From contig JBKEAG010000034.1 of assembly GCA_047972025.1 (NCBI GenBank), positions 4,626-68,625 of the forward strand: a DNA stretch of 64,000 nt. The letters are read 5' to 3'. Shown here piece after piece: positions 19,617-29,480 of this stretch. Each line of letters opens with the position of its first letter. Position 1 is the first letter of the stretch. The translations under genes and the position numbers were made by a program. The notes beneath the pieces are model-generated. The model was not told where the DNA came from and did no database searches. It saw only the letters and a list, made by a program, of their open reading frames with translations. The DNA comes from Moheibacter sp. (GTDB taxonomy: Bacteria > Bacteroidota > Bacteroidia > Flavobacteriales > Weeksellaceae).

Positions 19617-20558
19617 CTAATCGTTTTTGTTTTTACGGTTCAAATATTCTTTTATCAATAATTGGTTTACCGCCAACTTTTTGTACATAGTTCGTACTTC
19701 CTCTGCCGGTGAACCAAAATAAGACTTTCCATACTCCAAATCATGTCCAACTCCTGACTGAGCCATCACTACTACTTTGGATGCTATTTTCACATCGCTT
19801 TTTACTCCCACTTGCCCCCAAAGTGTCACTTCATCTCCAATCACTACACAACCGGCAATTCCGACTTGGGAAGCGATGAGGCATTTTTTCCCTAAAATAG
19901 TGTCATGTCCTATTTGAATCAGATTATCTATTTTTGTTCCGGCTCCAATCGTAGTAGAAGCCGTTACCCCACGGTCTATTGTACAATTAGCACCAATCTC
20001 TACATCATTTCCAATCACTACATTTCCAACAGATTTTAATTTGTCAAATCCGGTATCTCTTTTCTTATAGTAAAATCCGTCACCACCTATCACTGTTCCG
20101 GAATGTATAATCACATTATCACCAATCACACAATTATTTCCAATGGAAACATTGGAATGAATTAAACAATTATCACCAATTTCTACATTATGACCTATAA
20201 AAACATTGGGGTGAATATGCGTTTCCTCACCTATTTTAGCTGAGTCTGAAATGGACTGATTTGCTACTTGAAATGAATTGAAATACTGTCCTATTTTTAC
20301 AAAATCTCGAAATGGATCGTCTGAAATCAGAAGTGCTTTTCCCTCAGGGCAATCCACTTCTTTATTAATTAAAACTACTGTTGCTGCACTATTCAATGCT
20401 TTATCATAATATTTGGGATGATCTACAAATACAATATCGCCTTTTTCTACAACGTGAATCTCATTAATCCCTTCGACTGGAAAATCAGAATCTCCGATAA
20501 ATGAGGACTCAATTATCTCTGCTATTTCTTTTAATGTATATTTTTTTGGAAACTTCAT
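19617..20558 (-). CDS. lpxD: UDP-3-O-acylglucosamine N-acyltransferase (LpxD family)
   Basis: Hexapeptide repeats, VEIGANCTIDRG and TKIDNLIQIGHD. Confidence 0.85.
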   Translation of the reverse strand: MKFPKKYTLKEIAEIIESSFIGDSDFPVEGINEIHVVEKGDIVFVDHPKYYDKALNSAATVVLINKEVDCPEGKALLISDDPFRDFVKIGQYFNSFQVANQSISDSAKIGEETHIHPNVFIGHNVEIGDNCLIHSNVSIGNNCVIGDNVIIHSGTVIGGDGFYYKKRDTGFDKLKSVGNVVIGNDVEIGANCTIDRGVTASTTIGAGTKIDNLIQIGHDTILGKKCLIASQVGIAGCVVIGDEVTLWGQVGVKSDVKIASKVVVMAQSGVGHDLEYGKSYFGSPAEEVRTMYKKLAVNQLLIKEYLNRKNKND

Positions 20559-20659
20559 AGTTCAAAGATTGAATTCTAAGCAAATATATTTTTTTCTTTT
20601 CGGATTGTTTCTTTTAAATTCGCATAACGATTAAAAATCTAAACCAAAAAATTTTAATT

Positions 20660-21316
20660 ATGAAAGTACAAAAAGCAATTTTAGCTGTCGTAGTAGGTTC
20701 TTCCCTTGTATTTACTGCTTGTAAATGTGAAAAGAAAGACAATATTGCAGCAGCTCCTGTAACAGAAACTGAAACTTCAAACACTTCTGACATCACAACC
20801 TCCACTTCTAAATTAGATGCTGATGGAAACTACATTTATGATATTGGACAAAATATTGATTTAGCACTGCCCGGAGGAAGCTCTATAACAGTAGGTGAAA
20901 ATAGTTCTGAAAATAAACTTTTCACCATGTTAAATGATGCCAACTTCACCATAAGTGACGATAAAACTCAAGGATGGGTAACACTTGACCGTGTTTATTT
21001 TGCAACAGGAAAGTCTGAACTAACAACAAACTCAGAGGCACAAGTTGCAAATTTAACTACCTTATTAGCTGCTTTCCCAACAGCATCTGTAAAAGTAGGT
21101 GGATACACTGACAGTACTGGTGATGCTGCAGTTAACAAACGTGTTTCAACAGAACGTGCAAAATCTATTGCAGACAAATTAATTGCCGGTGGAGTTGATG
21201 CTTCTAGAATTGAAAGTGAAGGGTACGGTGCTGAACATTTTGTTTGTCCTGCTAATGACACAGACGAATGTAAAGCTCAAAACAGACGCGTTGACATTCG
21301 TATCACAAAGAAATAA
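20660..21316 (+). CDS. OmpA-family (peptidoglycan-binding) lipoprotein
   Basis: Lipobox VFTAC; OmpA C-domain VYFATGKS, GYTDSTG, STERA and NRRVDI. Confidence 0.88.
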   Translation: MKVQKAILAVVVGSSLVFTACKCEKKDNIAAAPVTETETSNTSDITTSTSKLDADGNYIYDIGQNIDLALPGGSSITVGENSSENKLFTMLNDANFTISDDKTQGWVTLDRVYFATGKSELTTNSEAQVANLTTLLAAFPTASVKVGGYTDSTGDAAVNKRVSTERAKSIADKLIAGGVDASRIESEGYGAEHFVCPANDTDECKAQNRRVDIRITKK

Positions 21317-21345
21317 ATTAGATTTCGAATAATTAATTTAACAAT

Positions 21346-21378
21346 AAAAAAATCCCGATTCTTCTGAATCGGGATTTT
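21346..21378. terminator. Bidirectional Rho-independent terminator
   Basis: AAAATCCCGATTC-TTCT-GAATCGGGATTTT between convergent genes. Confidence 0.8.
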
Positions 21379-21402
21379 CATTTATATAAAAATCTTACTT
21401 TT

Positions 21403-21609
21403 TTAACTTTTACTATAAAGTAATGTCACACCCTCTTGTTCGGACAAAGTTGGTCTTGTTTCTAAAACTAGTTCTCCTTTTCTTTCTTTTGCTTTCATTT
21501 TAAACCATCCGGTTAACCAAAATGGAATAATAGAGGCGAAAAAGAAAATTCCCCAAAAGCCACAAAGTGCCATAAATGTAAAAAATATAAACCCAAAAAA
21601 CTGTGCCAT
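21403..21609 (-). CDS. Small (68 aa) membrane protein of unknown function
   Basis: MAQFFGFIFFTFMALCGFWGIFFFASIIPFWLTGW hydrophobic N-terminus; own TACTTTTG box at 21632-21639 and a downstream terminator. Confidence 0.6.
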   Translation of the reverse strand: MAQFFGFIFFTFMALCGFWGIFFFASIIPFWLTGWFKMKAKERKGELVLETRPTLSEQEGVTLLYSKS

Positions 21610-21757
21610 AACTGTAACTTTATTAACCCTACAAAAGTAAAAAATATAATTCAATTTCAAAATGAAACTGAAAAATATCACATATTTCTAAACTTTAACT
21701 GATGTTTCTTAAATTTGAGGTTTTAAATAATTCAAATTAGACTCAAAAATACACAAA

Positions 21758-23143
21758 ATGGAATATAGAATTGAAAAGGACACCATGGGTGAAGTAAAAG
21801 TACCTGCTGATAAATATTGGGGTGCACAAACTGAACGCTCTCGTAATAATTTCAAAATCGGACCGGCAGCCTCTATGCCTCTTGAAGTAGTAAAAGGCTT
21901 TGCCTACCTAAAGAAAGCTGCTGCCTACACAAATTGTGAATTGGGGGTTTTACCCATAGAAAAAAGAGATTTAATCGCTCAAGTTTGTGATGAAATTTTA
22001 GCGGGTAAATTGTATGATCAGTTTCCTTTGGTCATTTGGCAAACCGGCTCCGGAACACAGTCAAATATGAATGTAAATGAAGTGGTAGCAAATCGTGCTC
22101 AGGTTCTTTCCGGTGGGAAAATTGGTGAAGGCGAAAAAGTTTTGCAACCCAATGATGACGTAAATAAATCCCAATCCTCTAACGATACCTTCCCTACCGG
22201 AATGCATATAGCTTGTTACAAAGCTGTGATAGAGAAAACAATTCCGGGAGTAGAGCAATTACGAAATACACTAAAAGCTAAATCTGAAGAATTTAGAGAT
22301 GTTGTGAAAATTGGTCGTACACACCTGATGGATGCTACGCCTCTCACTTTAGGACAAGAAATTTCAGGTTATGTAGCACAGTTAGACCATGGTTTAAAGG
22401 CTCTGAAAAATACACTTTCTCACCTATCTGAACTAGCTCTAGGTGGAACAGCCGTGGGAACTGGACTAAATACACCAAAAGGTTATGATGTTTTGGTTGC
22501 GAAATACATTGCAGAATTTACGGGACTTCCTTTTGTAACAGCTCAAAATAAATTTGAAGCACTTGCAGCACACGACGCAATTGTGGAAAGCCATGGCGCT
22601 CTAAAACAATTGGCAGTTTCTTTGAACAAAATTGCTAATGACATTCGAATGTTAGCATCAGGACCTCGTTCCGGTATTGGTGAAATTTTAATTCCGGAAA
22701 ATGAACCTGGTTCATCCATCATGCCGGGTAAAGTAAATCCTACACAATGTGAAGCAATGACTATGGTTGCTGCTCAAGTAATGGGAAATGATGTTGCGAT
22801 TACCATCGGTGGTACACAGGGACACTATGAGTTAAATGTGTTTAAACCTTTACTTGCCTATAACTTCTTACAAAGCGCCGAGTTAATCGGTGATGCCTGT
22901 GTTTCTTTTAATGAACACTGTGCAAAAGGAATTGAGCCTAATTATAAACGAATCAAAGAATTGGTTGATAATTCACTGATGTTAGTTACCGCTTTAAATA
23001 CAAAAATAGGATACTATAAAGCAGCAGAAATTGCACAAACTGCTCACAAAAATGGAACTACTTTAAAAGAAGAAGCTATCCGCCTAGGCTATGTTACTTC
23101 AGAAGAATTTGACGAATGGGTAAAACCGGAAGATATGGTGTAA
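21758..23143 (+). CDS. fumC: Class II fumarate hydratase
   Basis: [28 protein letters not shown] and [11 protein letters not shown]. Confidence 0.98.
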   Translation: MEYRIEKDTMGEVKVPADKYWGAQTERSRNNFKIGPAASMPLEVVKGFAYLKKAAAYTNCELGVLPIEKRDLIAQVCDEILAGKLYDQFPLVIWQTGSGTQSNMNVNEVVANRAQVLSGGKIGEGEKVLQPNDDVNKSQSSNDTFPTGMHIACYKAVIEKTIPGVEQLRNTLKAKSEEFRDVVKIGRTHLMDATPLTLGQEISGYVAQLDHGLKALKNTLSHLSELALGGTAVGTGLNTPKGYDVLVAKYIAEFTGLPFVTAQNKFEALAAHDAIVESHGALKQLAVSLNKIANDIRMLASGPRSGIGEILIPENEPGSSIMPGKVNPTQCEAMTMVAAQVMGNDVAITIGGTQGHYELNVFKPLLAYNFLQSAELIGDACVSFNEHCAKGIEPNYKRIKELVDNSLMLVTALNTKIGYYKAAEIAQTAHKNGTTLKEEAIRLGYVTSEEFDEWVKPEDMV

Positions 23144-23161
23144 ATCTCTAATTCTGAAAAT

Positions 23162-23195
23162 AAAAATCCCGAATAGAAAGTTCGGGATTTTTTTT
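23162..23195. terminator. Bidirectional Rho-independent terminator
   Basis: AAAAATCCCGAAT...GTTCGGGATTTTTTTT between fumC and the S8 peptidase. Confidence 0.8.
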
Positions 23196-23217
23196 ATTAA
23201 TATTTCAACAAATTATT

Positions 23218-24858
23218 TTATTTCTTTCCGTATCGTTCGTATGCTAATCGTACTGCTTTGTTTACATCAATCACACCACCTGTTACAGATAATTGACTAA
23301 ATTTACGTTTATCATTCTCCTGCCCTACTGTAACTTCAACTTCTGAAACATTTACGGTTTCGAACAGTATTTCTTTTACTTGCTCTGAAGTCAGTTGTGG
23401 AAAGTATGCCCAAAGCAAGGCTGCGCAACCTGCCGCTACCGGTGATGCCATAGAAGTTCCTTGTGCATAGCGGTATTTTTGATTAGGAATTGTAGAGTAA
23501 ATTTCTGTTCCCGGTGCAAATAAATCAACTTTTACTGTTCCATAATTGGAAAAAGACGCTTTTAAACTTTCCGGTGTTCTCGTACTAGCTCCCACTGTAA
23601 TCCATTTTTTTGCAATTGAGGTCATTTCATCATCTTTGAAATTACTTGGATAATTGTGTTCATAATCCAAATCATTATTATCATTTCCCGCTGCATGAAA
23701 CATCAAAACATCTTTACTATCTGCATATTTTATCGCATCATATACCACTTCTTTGTTGGGTGAAAATGATTTCCCAAAGCTCATATTTAGAATTTTGGCT
23801 CCGTTATCTACTGCATAGCGAATAGAGTTTGCTACATCTTCATCACGTTCATCACCATCAGGCACAGTACGAATTGACATAATTTTCACGACTCCTCCGG
23901 CTACACCATCCATTCCTTTCTTATTTCCACGAGTTGCACCGATAATTCCCGCTACGTGCGAACCATGAAAAGCGTCCGGTCCTTCTACTTCATTATTACC
24001 GTATCCTTTTATATCCAATTTTCCTTTTGCCGGATTATAGTCAGGGTTATAAGCATATTTTAAATCATTAGCATATTTTTCTTTCAAATCATCAAATTCT
24101 TCTTTTGCCATACTTATCACTTCTGTCATTGTTTTTCCTTCAAACTCAGTGTTATTTGCAATTAAAAACTCAATTTCACTTTTGTTTTCTTGTTCTAATT
24201 CTGTTGTTGCAGATAAGTTTTGTATATTTTCTTTAGTCAATGTCACATCTTTCGTGTACTCTTTTAGTGGAGTCAAAAAATCCATAATTTGCTTGGACTG
24301 TTCATTTACACTTTCCTCTTGATTTTTTGCGGAATAGTATTTATCTGCCCAAATGCTTCTAGCACGTAAATAGGTTTGGTACTTCTCGGGCATTTTCTTT
24401 ATGTTCATCAAATCACTTTCTTTATTTTCTGAATTAAATAATGGTTTGTACAAAAAAGTCAATCGGGTTGCTTCATACGAATCTTCATTATAATCTTTTC
24501 CTGAGGCATCTGTACAAAAATCCCAGCCATGAGTATCATCTACATATCCATTTTTGTCATCATCTTTTCCATTTCCGGATTTTTCCTTTGGGTTCACCCA
24601 AATTTCATTTTTCAAATCTTCATGGTCAATTTCTACTCCACTATCCAGAACTCCAACTACAACGGTTTTGGGTTTCATTTTTTTAGATTTTAAAAATTCT
24701 AGTGCTGATTCTGTCCCTACTCCATAAATTCCGGTTTTAGAAAAATCACTGTGAAACCAATTTTGTTTTTCTTCTTCAGACATAGTAGTCTCAGCTACCT
24801 GAGAAAAAACATGTAAACTCAGCATTAACACTAAAAATGAAATGATTATTTTTTTCAT
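23218..24858 (-). CDS. Secreted subtilisin-like S8 serine peptidase
   Basis: Signal peptide; triad motifs VLDSG, HGSHVAG and GTSMASP; AAGN oxyanion motif. Confidence 0.92.
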   Translation of the reverse strand: MKKIIISFLVLMLSLHVFSQVAETTMSEEEKQNWFHSDFSKTGIYGVGTESALEFLKSKKMKPKTVVVGVLDSGVEIDHEDLKNEIWVNPKEKSGNGKDDDKNGYVDDTHGWDFCTDASGKDYNEDSYEATRLTFLYKPLFNSENKESDLMNIKKMPEKYQTYLRARSIWADKYYSAKNQEESVNEQSKQIMDFLTPLKEYTKDVTLTKENIQNLSATTELEQENKSEIEFLIANNTEFEGKTMTEVISMAKEEFDDLKEKYANDLKYAYNPDYNPAKGKLDIKGYGNNEVEGPDAFHGSHVAGIIGATRGNKKGMDGVAGGVVKIMSIRTVPDGDERDEDVANSIRYAVDNGAKILNMSFGKSFSPNKEVVYDAIKYADSKDVLMFHAAGNDNNDLDYEHNYPSNFKDDEMTSIAKKWITVGASTRTPESLKASFSNYGTVKVDLFAPGTEIYSTIPNQKYRYAQGTSMASPVAAGCAALLWAYFPQLTSEQVKEILFETVNVSEVEVTVGQENDKRKFSQLSVTGGVIDVNKAVRLAYERYGKK

Positions 24859-25079
24859 ATTAAATTTATTTTCAAATTTATCCTTTAAGAAATACGAAAG
24901 TACAACTTTTGTTGATAGTTTACTTCCTGTATAATTTATCTAACAAATTTAGTTTCTTTAGATTTTCTTAATAACTTCCTTTTTTTGTTAATTGTTTTAT
25001 TTGTTCCCAAAAAGTCAATCCCCTATTTTTGTGCAGTAACAAGCAAAATTTTTTTTGCTCTAAAAATAGCAACACAATA

Positions 25080-26366
25080 ATGTCAACGTACGTCGTAGTA
25101 GGTCTTCAATTTGGAGATGAAGGAAAAGGAAAAATAACCGATGTTTTATCAGCAAAATCTGACTATGTAGTCCGCTACCAAGGTGGAAATAATGCAGGGC
25201 ACACTGTTTATGTAGGTGATGATAAATTTGTACTTCATTTGCTCCCTTCCGGTGTTTTACAGTCACAGGGAAAATGTATCATTGGGAGTGGTGTAGTTGT
25301 AAATCCTCAAAGTTTCTTGGACGAAGTAGCTTCTTTGGAAAGTCGTGGTTTGTCCAGTGATCACATTTTTATTGACAGACGTGCGCACATCATCATGCCT
25401 TATCATATTTTGTTTGACACTTACCGTGAGGAAGCTGCAGGAAAAGATTCAATTGGAACTACAAAACGTGGAATCGGACCTTGTTATGAAGATAAAGTAG
25501 CCCGAGTAGGGATTCGTGCAATTGACTTACTGAATCCCGAAGTTTTAGCAGAAAAGTTAAAAATAAATCTTCAAATCAAAAATGCACTTTTTGAAAAGTT
25601 ATTTGAAAAACCTGCTTTAGACTTTGATGAGATTTATCAACAATATTTAAATTATGGTGAAAAAATAAAACACCGACTTATTGATGCTGTCGTAGAGGTT
25701 AACGATGCAATTGATGATGGTAAAAATGTACTTTTCGAAGGTGCGCAAGCATTGATGTTGGACATTGACTATGGAACTTATCCTTTTGTTACATCTTCTT
25801 CCCCATCTACCGGTGGCGTTTGTGTAGGAGCCGGTGTTCCACCAACAAAATTGAAAAACCTCATTGGAGTCTCCAAAGCCTACTGTACACGCGTTGGGAA
25901 TGGTCCTTTCCCTACTGAGTTAGAAGACGAAATTGGAGAACAAATCGGAAAAGTCGGACATGAATTTGGAGCTTCTACCGGAAGACCAAGGCGTTGTGGT
26001 TGGTTAGACTTGGTATCGTTAAAACATGCTTGTAGAATCAATGGAATCACACACTTAGTCATTACTAAACTTGATGTTTTGAGTGGTTTTGATTCTCTAA
26101 AAGTTTGTACGGCTTACGAAACAGAAGACGGACAAATCATAGACTATTTTACAGCTTCTACCACTAAATTAGAACAATACAAACCAGTTTACAAAGAACT
26201 ACCGGGTTGGGAAGAAGATATTTGTGGAATTAACTCTTTTGATAAACTTCCTAAAACAGCTCAGTCTTACATTCAGTTTATTGAAAAATATTTAAACATT
26301 GAAATCTATTTGGTTTCCGTAGGACCAGATCGTTCGCAAAACATTATTCGTAAAGAATTGTTCTAA
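25080..26366 (+). CDS. purA: Adenylosuccinate synthetase
   Basis: QFGDEGKGK, GGNNAGHT, IGTTKRGIGP, FEGAQ and TGRPRRCGWLD; TATTTTTG box at 25024-25031. Confidence 0.98.
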   Translation: MSTYVVVGLQFGDEGKGKITDVLSAKSDYVVRYQGGNNAGHTVYVGDDKFVLHLLPSGVLQSQGKCIIGSGVVVNPQSFLDEVASLESRGLSSDHIFIDRRAHIIMPYHILFDTYREEAAGKDSIGTTKRGIGPCYEDKVARVGIRAIDLLNPEVLAEKLKINLQIKNALFEKLFEKPALDFDEIYQQYLNYGEKIKHRLIDAVVEVNDAIDDGKNVLFEGAQALMLDIDYGTYPFVTSSSPSTGGVCVGAGVPPTKLKNLIGVSKAYCTRVGNGPFPTELEDEIGEQIGKVGHEFGASTGRPRRCGWLDLVSLKHACRINGITHLVITKLDVLSGFDSLKVCTAYETEDGQIIDYFTASTTKLEQYKPVYKELPGWEEDICGINSFDKLPKTAQSYIQFIEKYLNIEIYLVSVGPDRSQNIIRKELF

Positions 26367-26382
26367 TTTTTGATTAAATTCT

Positions 26383-27030
26383 TTGAGCTCACCAACTATA
26401 AAAAATTCCATTCTCGAAAAGGTAAATCCTCTATTTAACTTTGTTGATTTTTTCACTTTAGGTTTTATCGCTTACCAATATTTTAAATTATGGTATTCTC
26501 CCGAAATTGGTGATGCAGATAAGATATTTCAATGGGCAGGACTAATGGGGTTTGAATTTATCATGGTTCATTCAGGTGTCTTTATGGCTGCAATGCCAAA
26601 AAAATGGTCACTACTCATTTTCTTTCCATTTTATGGTTTGTTCGCTCTTTCTTTCAATCAAATTATCGGTGGAGGCAACATTGTTATATACATTTATTTG
26701 TTCGCTGTTTTTAACCGTATGCGTTACGCTTTCTTTGACGTGAGTGAGGAAATTCAAAAAAAAGTAATTGGAAAGTCTGTTTTTGCTGTACTTGTTTATT
26801 TTTTTCCGCTAATGGCTATTGTCTTTGGAAATAAACTCGTTCCTGAATTAGGATTAAACGAACAGAGTTTGGCATATATCGGGTATAACAATGCCAAAAC
26901 TCACGGTGGATTATTTTTAGACGAACCCAAAACAGCCATGTGTTTAGGAGTTGTTTATTATAGTTTCCTTGCAATTTATTCGATCCCTTTTTGGGTTACC
27001 AAAAGGTTATTTCCTTCTACTTCAATCTAA
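26383..27030 (+). CDS. Hypothetical multi-pass membrane protein
   Basis: 215-aa ORF with about 6 hydrophobic segments directly after purA; TTG start uncertain. Confidence 0.65.
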   Translation: MSSPTIKNSILEKVNPLFNFVDFFTLGFIAYQYFKLWYSPEIGDADKIFQWAGLMGFEFIMVHSGVFMAAMPKKWSLLIFFPFYGLFALSFNQIIGGGNIVIYIYLFAVFNRMRYAFFDVSEEIQKKVIGKSVFAVLVYFFPLMAIVFGNKLVPELGLNEQSLAYIGYNNAKTHGGLFLDEPKTAMCLGVVYYSFLAIYSIPFWVTKRLFPSTSI

Positions 27031-27339
27031 CTCATTATTTCTACCCTCTATTTCCACTTGTTTCAAAACTTTAGCAGCATCATCTTCATCAAAAGCTAAA
27101 TTCCCTGCTACAAAAACACCTTTTATTTTATGGTCATCATGCTCTATCCCATAAACCGTTGACTCATCATCTGGGTTACTCATTCCTTCATAATGGTAAA
27201 TATAGTCGATATGGAAAGTATTAGGTGACTTTATAATCATTTCAGATTCCACATTGAAATCAACTGTATAACCTAATTCTTTCAGTTCTCTAAGTGCGGT
27301 TTCCGTGTCTGCATAACGGTATTGTCTTTTTGGTTTCAT
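27022..27339 (-). CDS. Conserved small Bacteroidota protein (YxYEGMSNPDD motif), function unknown
   Basis: LKELGYTVDF and YHYEGMSNPDDESTVYGI; family is often mislabelled as PRPP synthetase but is far too short for one. Confidence 0.7.
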   Translation of the reverse strand: MKPKRQYRYADTETALRELKELGYTVDFNVESEMIIKSPNTFHIDYIYHYEGMSNPDDESTVYGIEHDDHKIKGVFVAGNLAFDEDDAAKVLKQVEIEGRNNELD

Positions 27340-27441
27340 AACAGTTCAAATTTATACGATACTAATTTACCAATTTCTAATTAAATCTTTGGATAAATTT
27401 TCTCACTAATTTGTGAAACCTTAATTTTGCAAAAAAATAAA

Positions 27442-28878
27442 ATGAGCGCAAACAACAAATATCAAAATCCATTGGAATCCCGTTATAGTAGTGATGAAAT
27501 GCTATATAACTTTTCGCCTGATATGAAATTTTCTACTTGGCGAAAACTTTGGTTGGCATTGGCTGAAATTCAAAAAGAACTGGGGTTGGATATTTCTGAG
27601 GAACAAATCCAAGAAATTCGTGATAATATTTCTAATATTAATTTTGAAGTTGCTGCTCAGTATGAAAAACAATTCCGCCATGATGTGATGGCTCATGTAC
27701 ATACACTTGGAGACATTGCACCAAAGGCACGTCCAATTATTCATTTGGGAGCAACATCAGCATTTGTGGGAGATAATACCGATTTGATTCAGATTCGTGA
27801 AGGATTGCTGATTGTAAAAAGAAAATTAGTCAACGTCATCAAAGGATTAAATGATTTTGCTCTTCAATACAAAGACTTACCTACTTTAGGGTTTACACAC
27901 TTTCAACCTGCACAGTTAACAACCGTTGGTAAACGGACTACGTTATGGCTACAATCTGTTTTGTTAGACTTCGAAGAATTAGACTTTAGAATTGATACTT
28001 TACGTTTCAGAGGTGTAAAAGGTACAACAGGAACGGCTGCTAGTTTCAAAGAATTATTTGATGGTGACTATTCAAAAGTGAAAGAATTGGACAAAAAACT
28101 ATCTGAACAATTTGGGTTTACCAAAGTTTTGGGTGTAACCGGGCAAACCTATGACCGAAAAATTGATGCTGAAGTTTTGGCTACTCTTTCCAACATTGCA
28201 CAATCTGCTCATAAATTCACCAATGACATACGTTTACTCCAAAATCTAAAAGAAATTGAAGAACCTTTTGAAAAAAATCAGATTGGCTCTTCTGCCATGG
28301 CATATAAACGAAATCCAATGCGAAGTGAGCGAATTTCAGCTTTGGCAAAATTTGTAATTTCACTAGCAAGTAGTCCGGCAATGGTCGCTTCTACACAATG
28401 GTTTGAAAGAACATTAGATGATTCTGCCAACAAACGATTAAGCATTCCCCAAGCATTTTTGGCCATTGATGCTATTTTGATTATTTGGAATAATGTTTTG
28501 GATGGATTGGTTGTTTACCCAAAAATCATTGAAAAACACATAAACGAAGAACTTCCTTTTATGGCAACAGAATACATTATCATGGAAGGGGTGAAAAATG
28601 GTGGTGACCGACAAGAACTTCATGAACTCATCCGTGAGCACAGTATGGAAGCTGCCAAACAGGTAAAACAAGAAGGAAAATCCAATGATTTGGTCGAACG
28701 AATTTTGGCAGATGAACGTTTTAACATTGACAAAGATAAATTACAAAAAGTACTTGACCCAATGAATTTCATTGGATTTGCACCAACTCAAACCGAAGAA
28801 TTTCTTACCGAACATGTACAACCTATTTTAGAAAATAATAAAGAATTAATTGGATTAGAAACAGATTTAAAAGTTTAA
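27442..28878 (+). CDS. purB: Adenylosuccinate lyase
   Basis: YQNPLESRY, RHDVMAHV, IHLGATS, GFTHFQPAQLTT and GSSAMAYKRNP. Confidence 0.97.
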   Translation: MSANNKYQNPLESRYSSDEMLYNFSPDMKFSTWRKLWLALAEIQKELGLDISEEQIQEIRDNISNINFEVAAQYEKQFRHDVMAHVHTLGDIAPKARPIIHLGATSAFVGDNTDLIQIREGLLIVKRKLVNVIKGLNDFALQYKDLPTLGFTHFQPAQLTTVGKRTTLWLQSVLLDFEELDFRIDTLRFRGVKGTTGTAASFKELFDGDYSKVKELDKKLSEQFGFTKVLGVTGQTYDRKIDAEVLATLSNIAQSAHKFTNDIRLLQNLKEIEEPFEKNQIGSSAMAYKRNPMRSERISALAKFVISLASSPAMVASTQWFERTLDDSANKRLSIPQAFLAIDAILIIWNNVLDGLVVYPKIIEKHINEELPFMATEYIIMEGVKNGGDRQELHELIREHSMEAAKQVKQEGKSNDLVERILADERFNIDKDKLQKVLDPMNFIGFAPTQTEEFLTEHVQPILENNKELIGLETDLKV

Positions 28879-28881
28879 TTA

Positions 28882-29274
28882 ATGTTTACAATACAACAAA
28901 TAAAAGAAGCCCACAGCAAAGTAAAGTCAGGCGCAGATTTTCCACAATACATTCAAGACATCAAAAAAGTAGGAGTTAAAGCCTTTCAAACTTGGGTAAA
29001 AGATAGTCATACAGATTATTTTGATAAAGAAAACAACAAAATATCCTCCGAGTCCATGTATTCAAAATTAGAGATTACAGATACTTGTAACCCCGTTCAA
29101 TTTAAAGAATACCTAAAGATTCACCAACAAGGAGAAACCGATTATTTGACATTTTGTAAACATTGTGCCGAAACCGGCATCCTAAATTGGTTTGTAGATT
29201 TAGATGAAATGACCTGCACTTATTTTTCAAAAAGTAAAGAAAATGTATTGGTAGAAACCATTCCCGAAAAATAA
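28882..29274 (+). CDS. DUF1398 family protein
   Basis: MFTIQQIKEAHSKVKSGADFP...HQQGETDYLTFC...W.VDL..MTCTY pattern. Confidence 0.85.
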   Translation: MFTIQQIKEAHSKVKSGADFPQYIQDIKKVGVKAFQTWVKDSHTDYFDKENNKISSESMYSKLEITDTCNPVQFKEYLKIHQQGETDYLTFCKHCAETGILNWFVDLDEMTCTYFSKSKENVLVETIPEK

Positions 29275-29315
29275 ATTCACTAAATATTTTTTCTAATTCA
29301 TATTTAAAAATATCG

Positions 29316-29323
29316 TAAATTTG
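29316..29323 (+). promoter_or_regulatory. -7 promoter element TAAATTTG for the riboswitch-purL-purC-purF transcript
   Basis: Exact TAnnTTTG match 22 nt upstream of riboswitch P1. Confidence 0.65.
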
Positions 29324-29345
29324 TAGCTTGTTTTTAAAGTTAAAA

Positions 29346-29418
29346 TTTCATTTGTATAAACCCGTAATAAGGTCGGGTGTTTCTACGGAGAACCACTAAT
29401 TTTCCACTACAAATGAGG
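29346..29418 (+). ncRNA. Purine (guanine-sensing) riboswitch aptamer
   Basis: P1 TTTCATTTGTA/TACAAATGAGG; J1/2 TAA; P2 ACCCG/CGGGT with loop AATAAGG; J2/3 GTTTCTAC; P3 GGAGAA/TTTTCC with loop CCACTAA; J3/1 AC. The discriminator equivalent to C74 (29407) is C. Lies upstream of purL. Confidence 0.92.
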
Positions 29419-29480
29419 TTAATGGATTTATTTTTGTTTGCTTCATTTGTAATTTAATATTTAAGAATTTAAAATAAACA

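Noticed and set aside
27022..27339. Reading this ORF as PRPP synthetase because it sits among pur genes
   Set aside because: Only 105 aa and lacks PRPP synthetase motifs.
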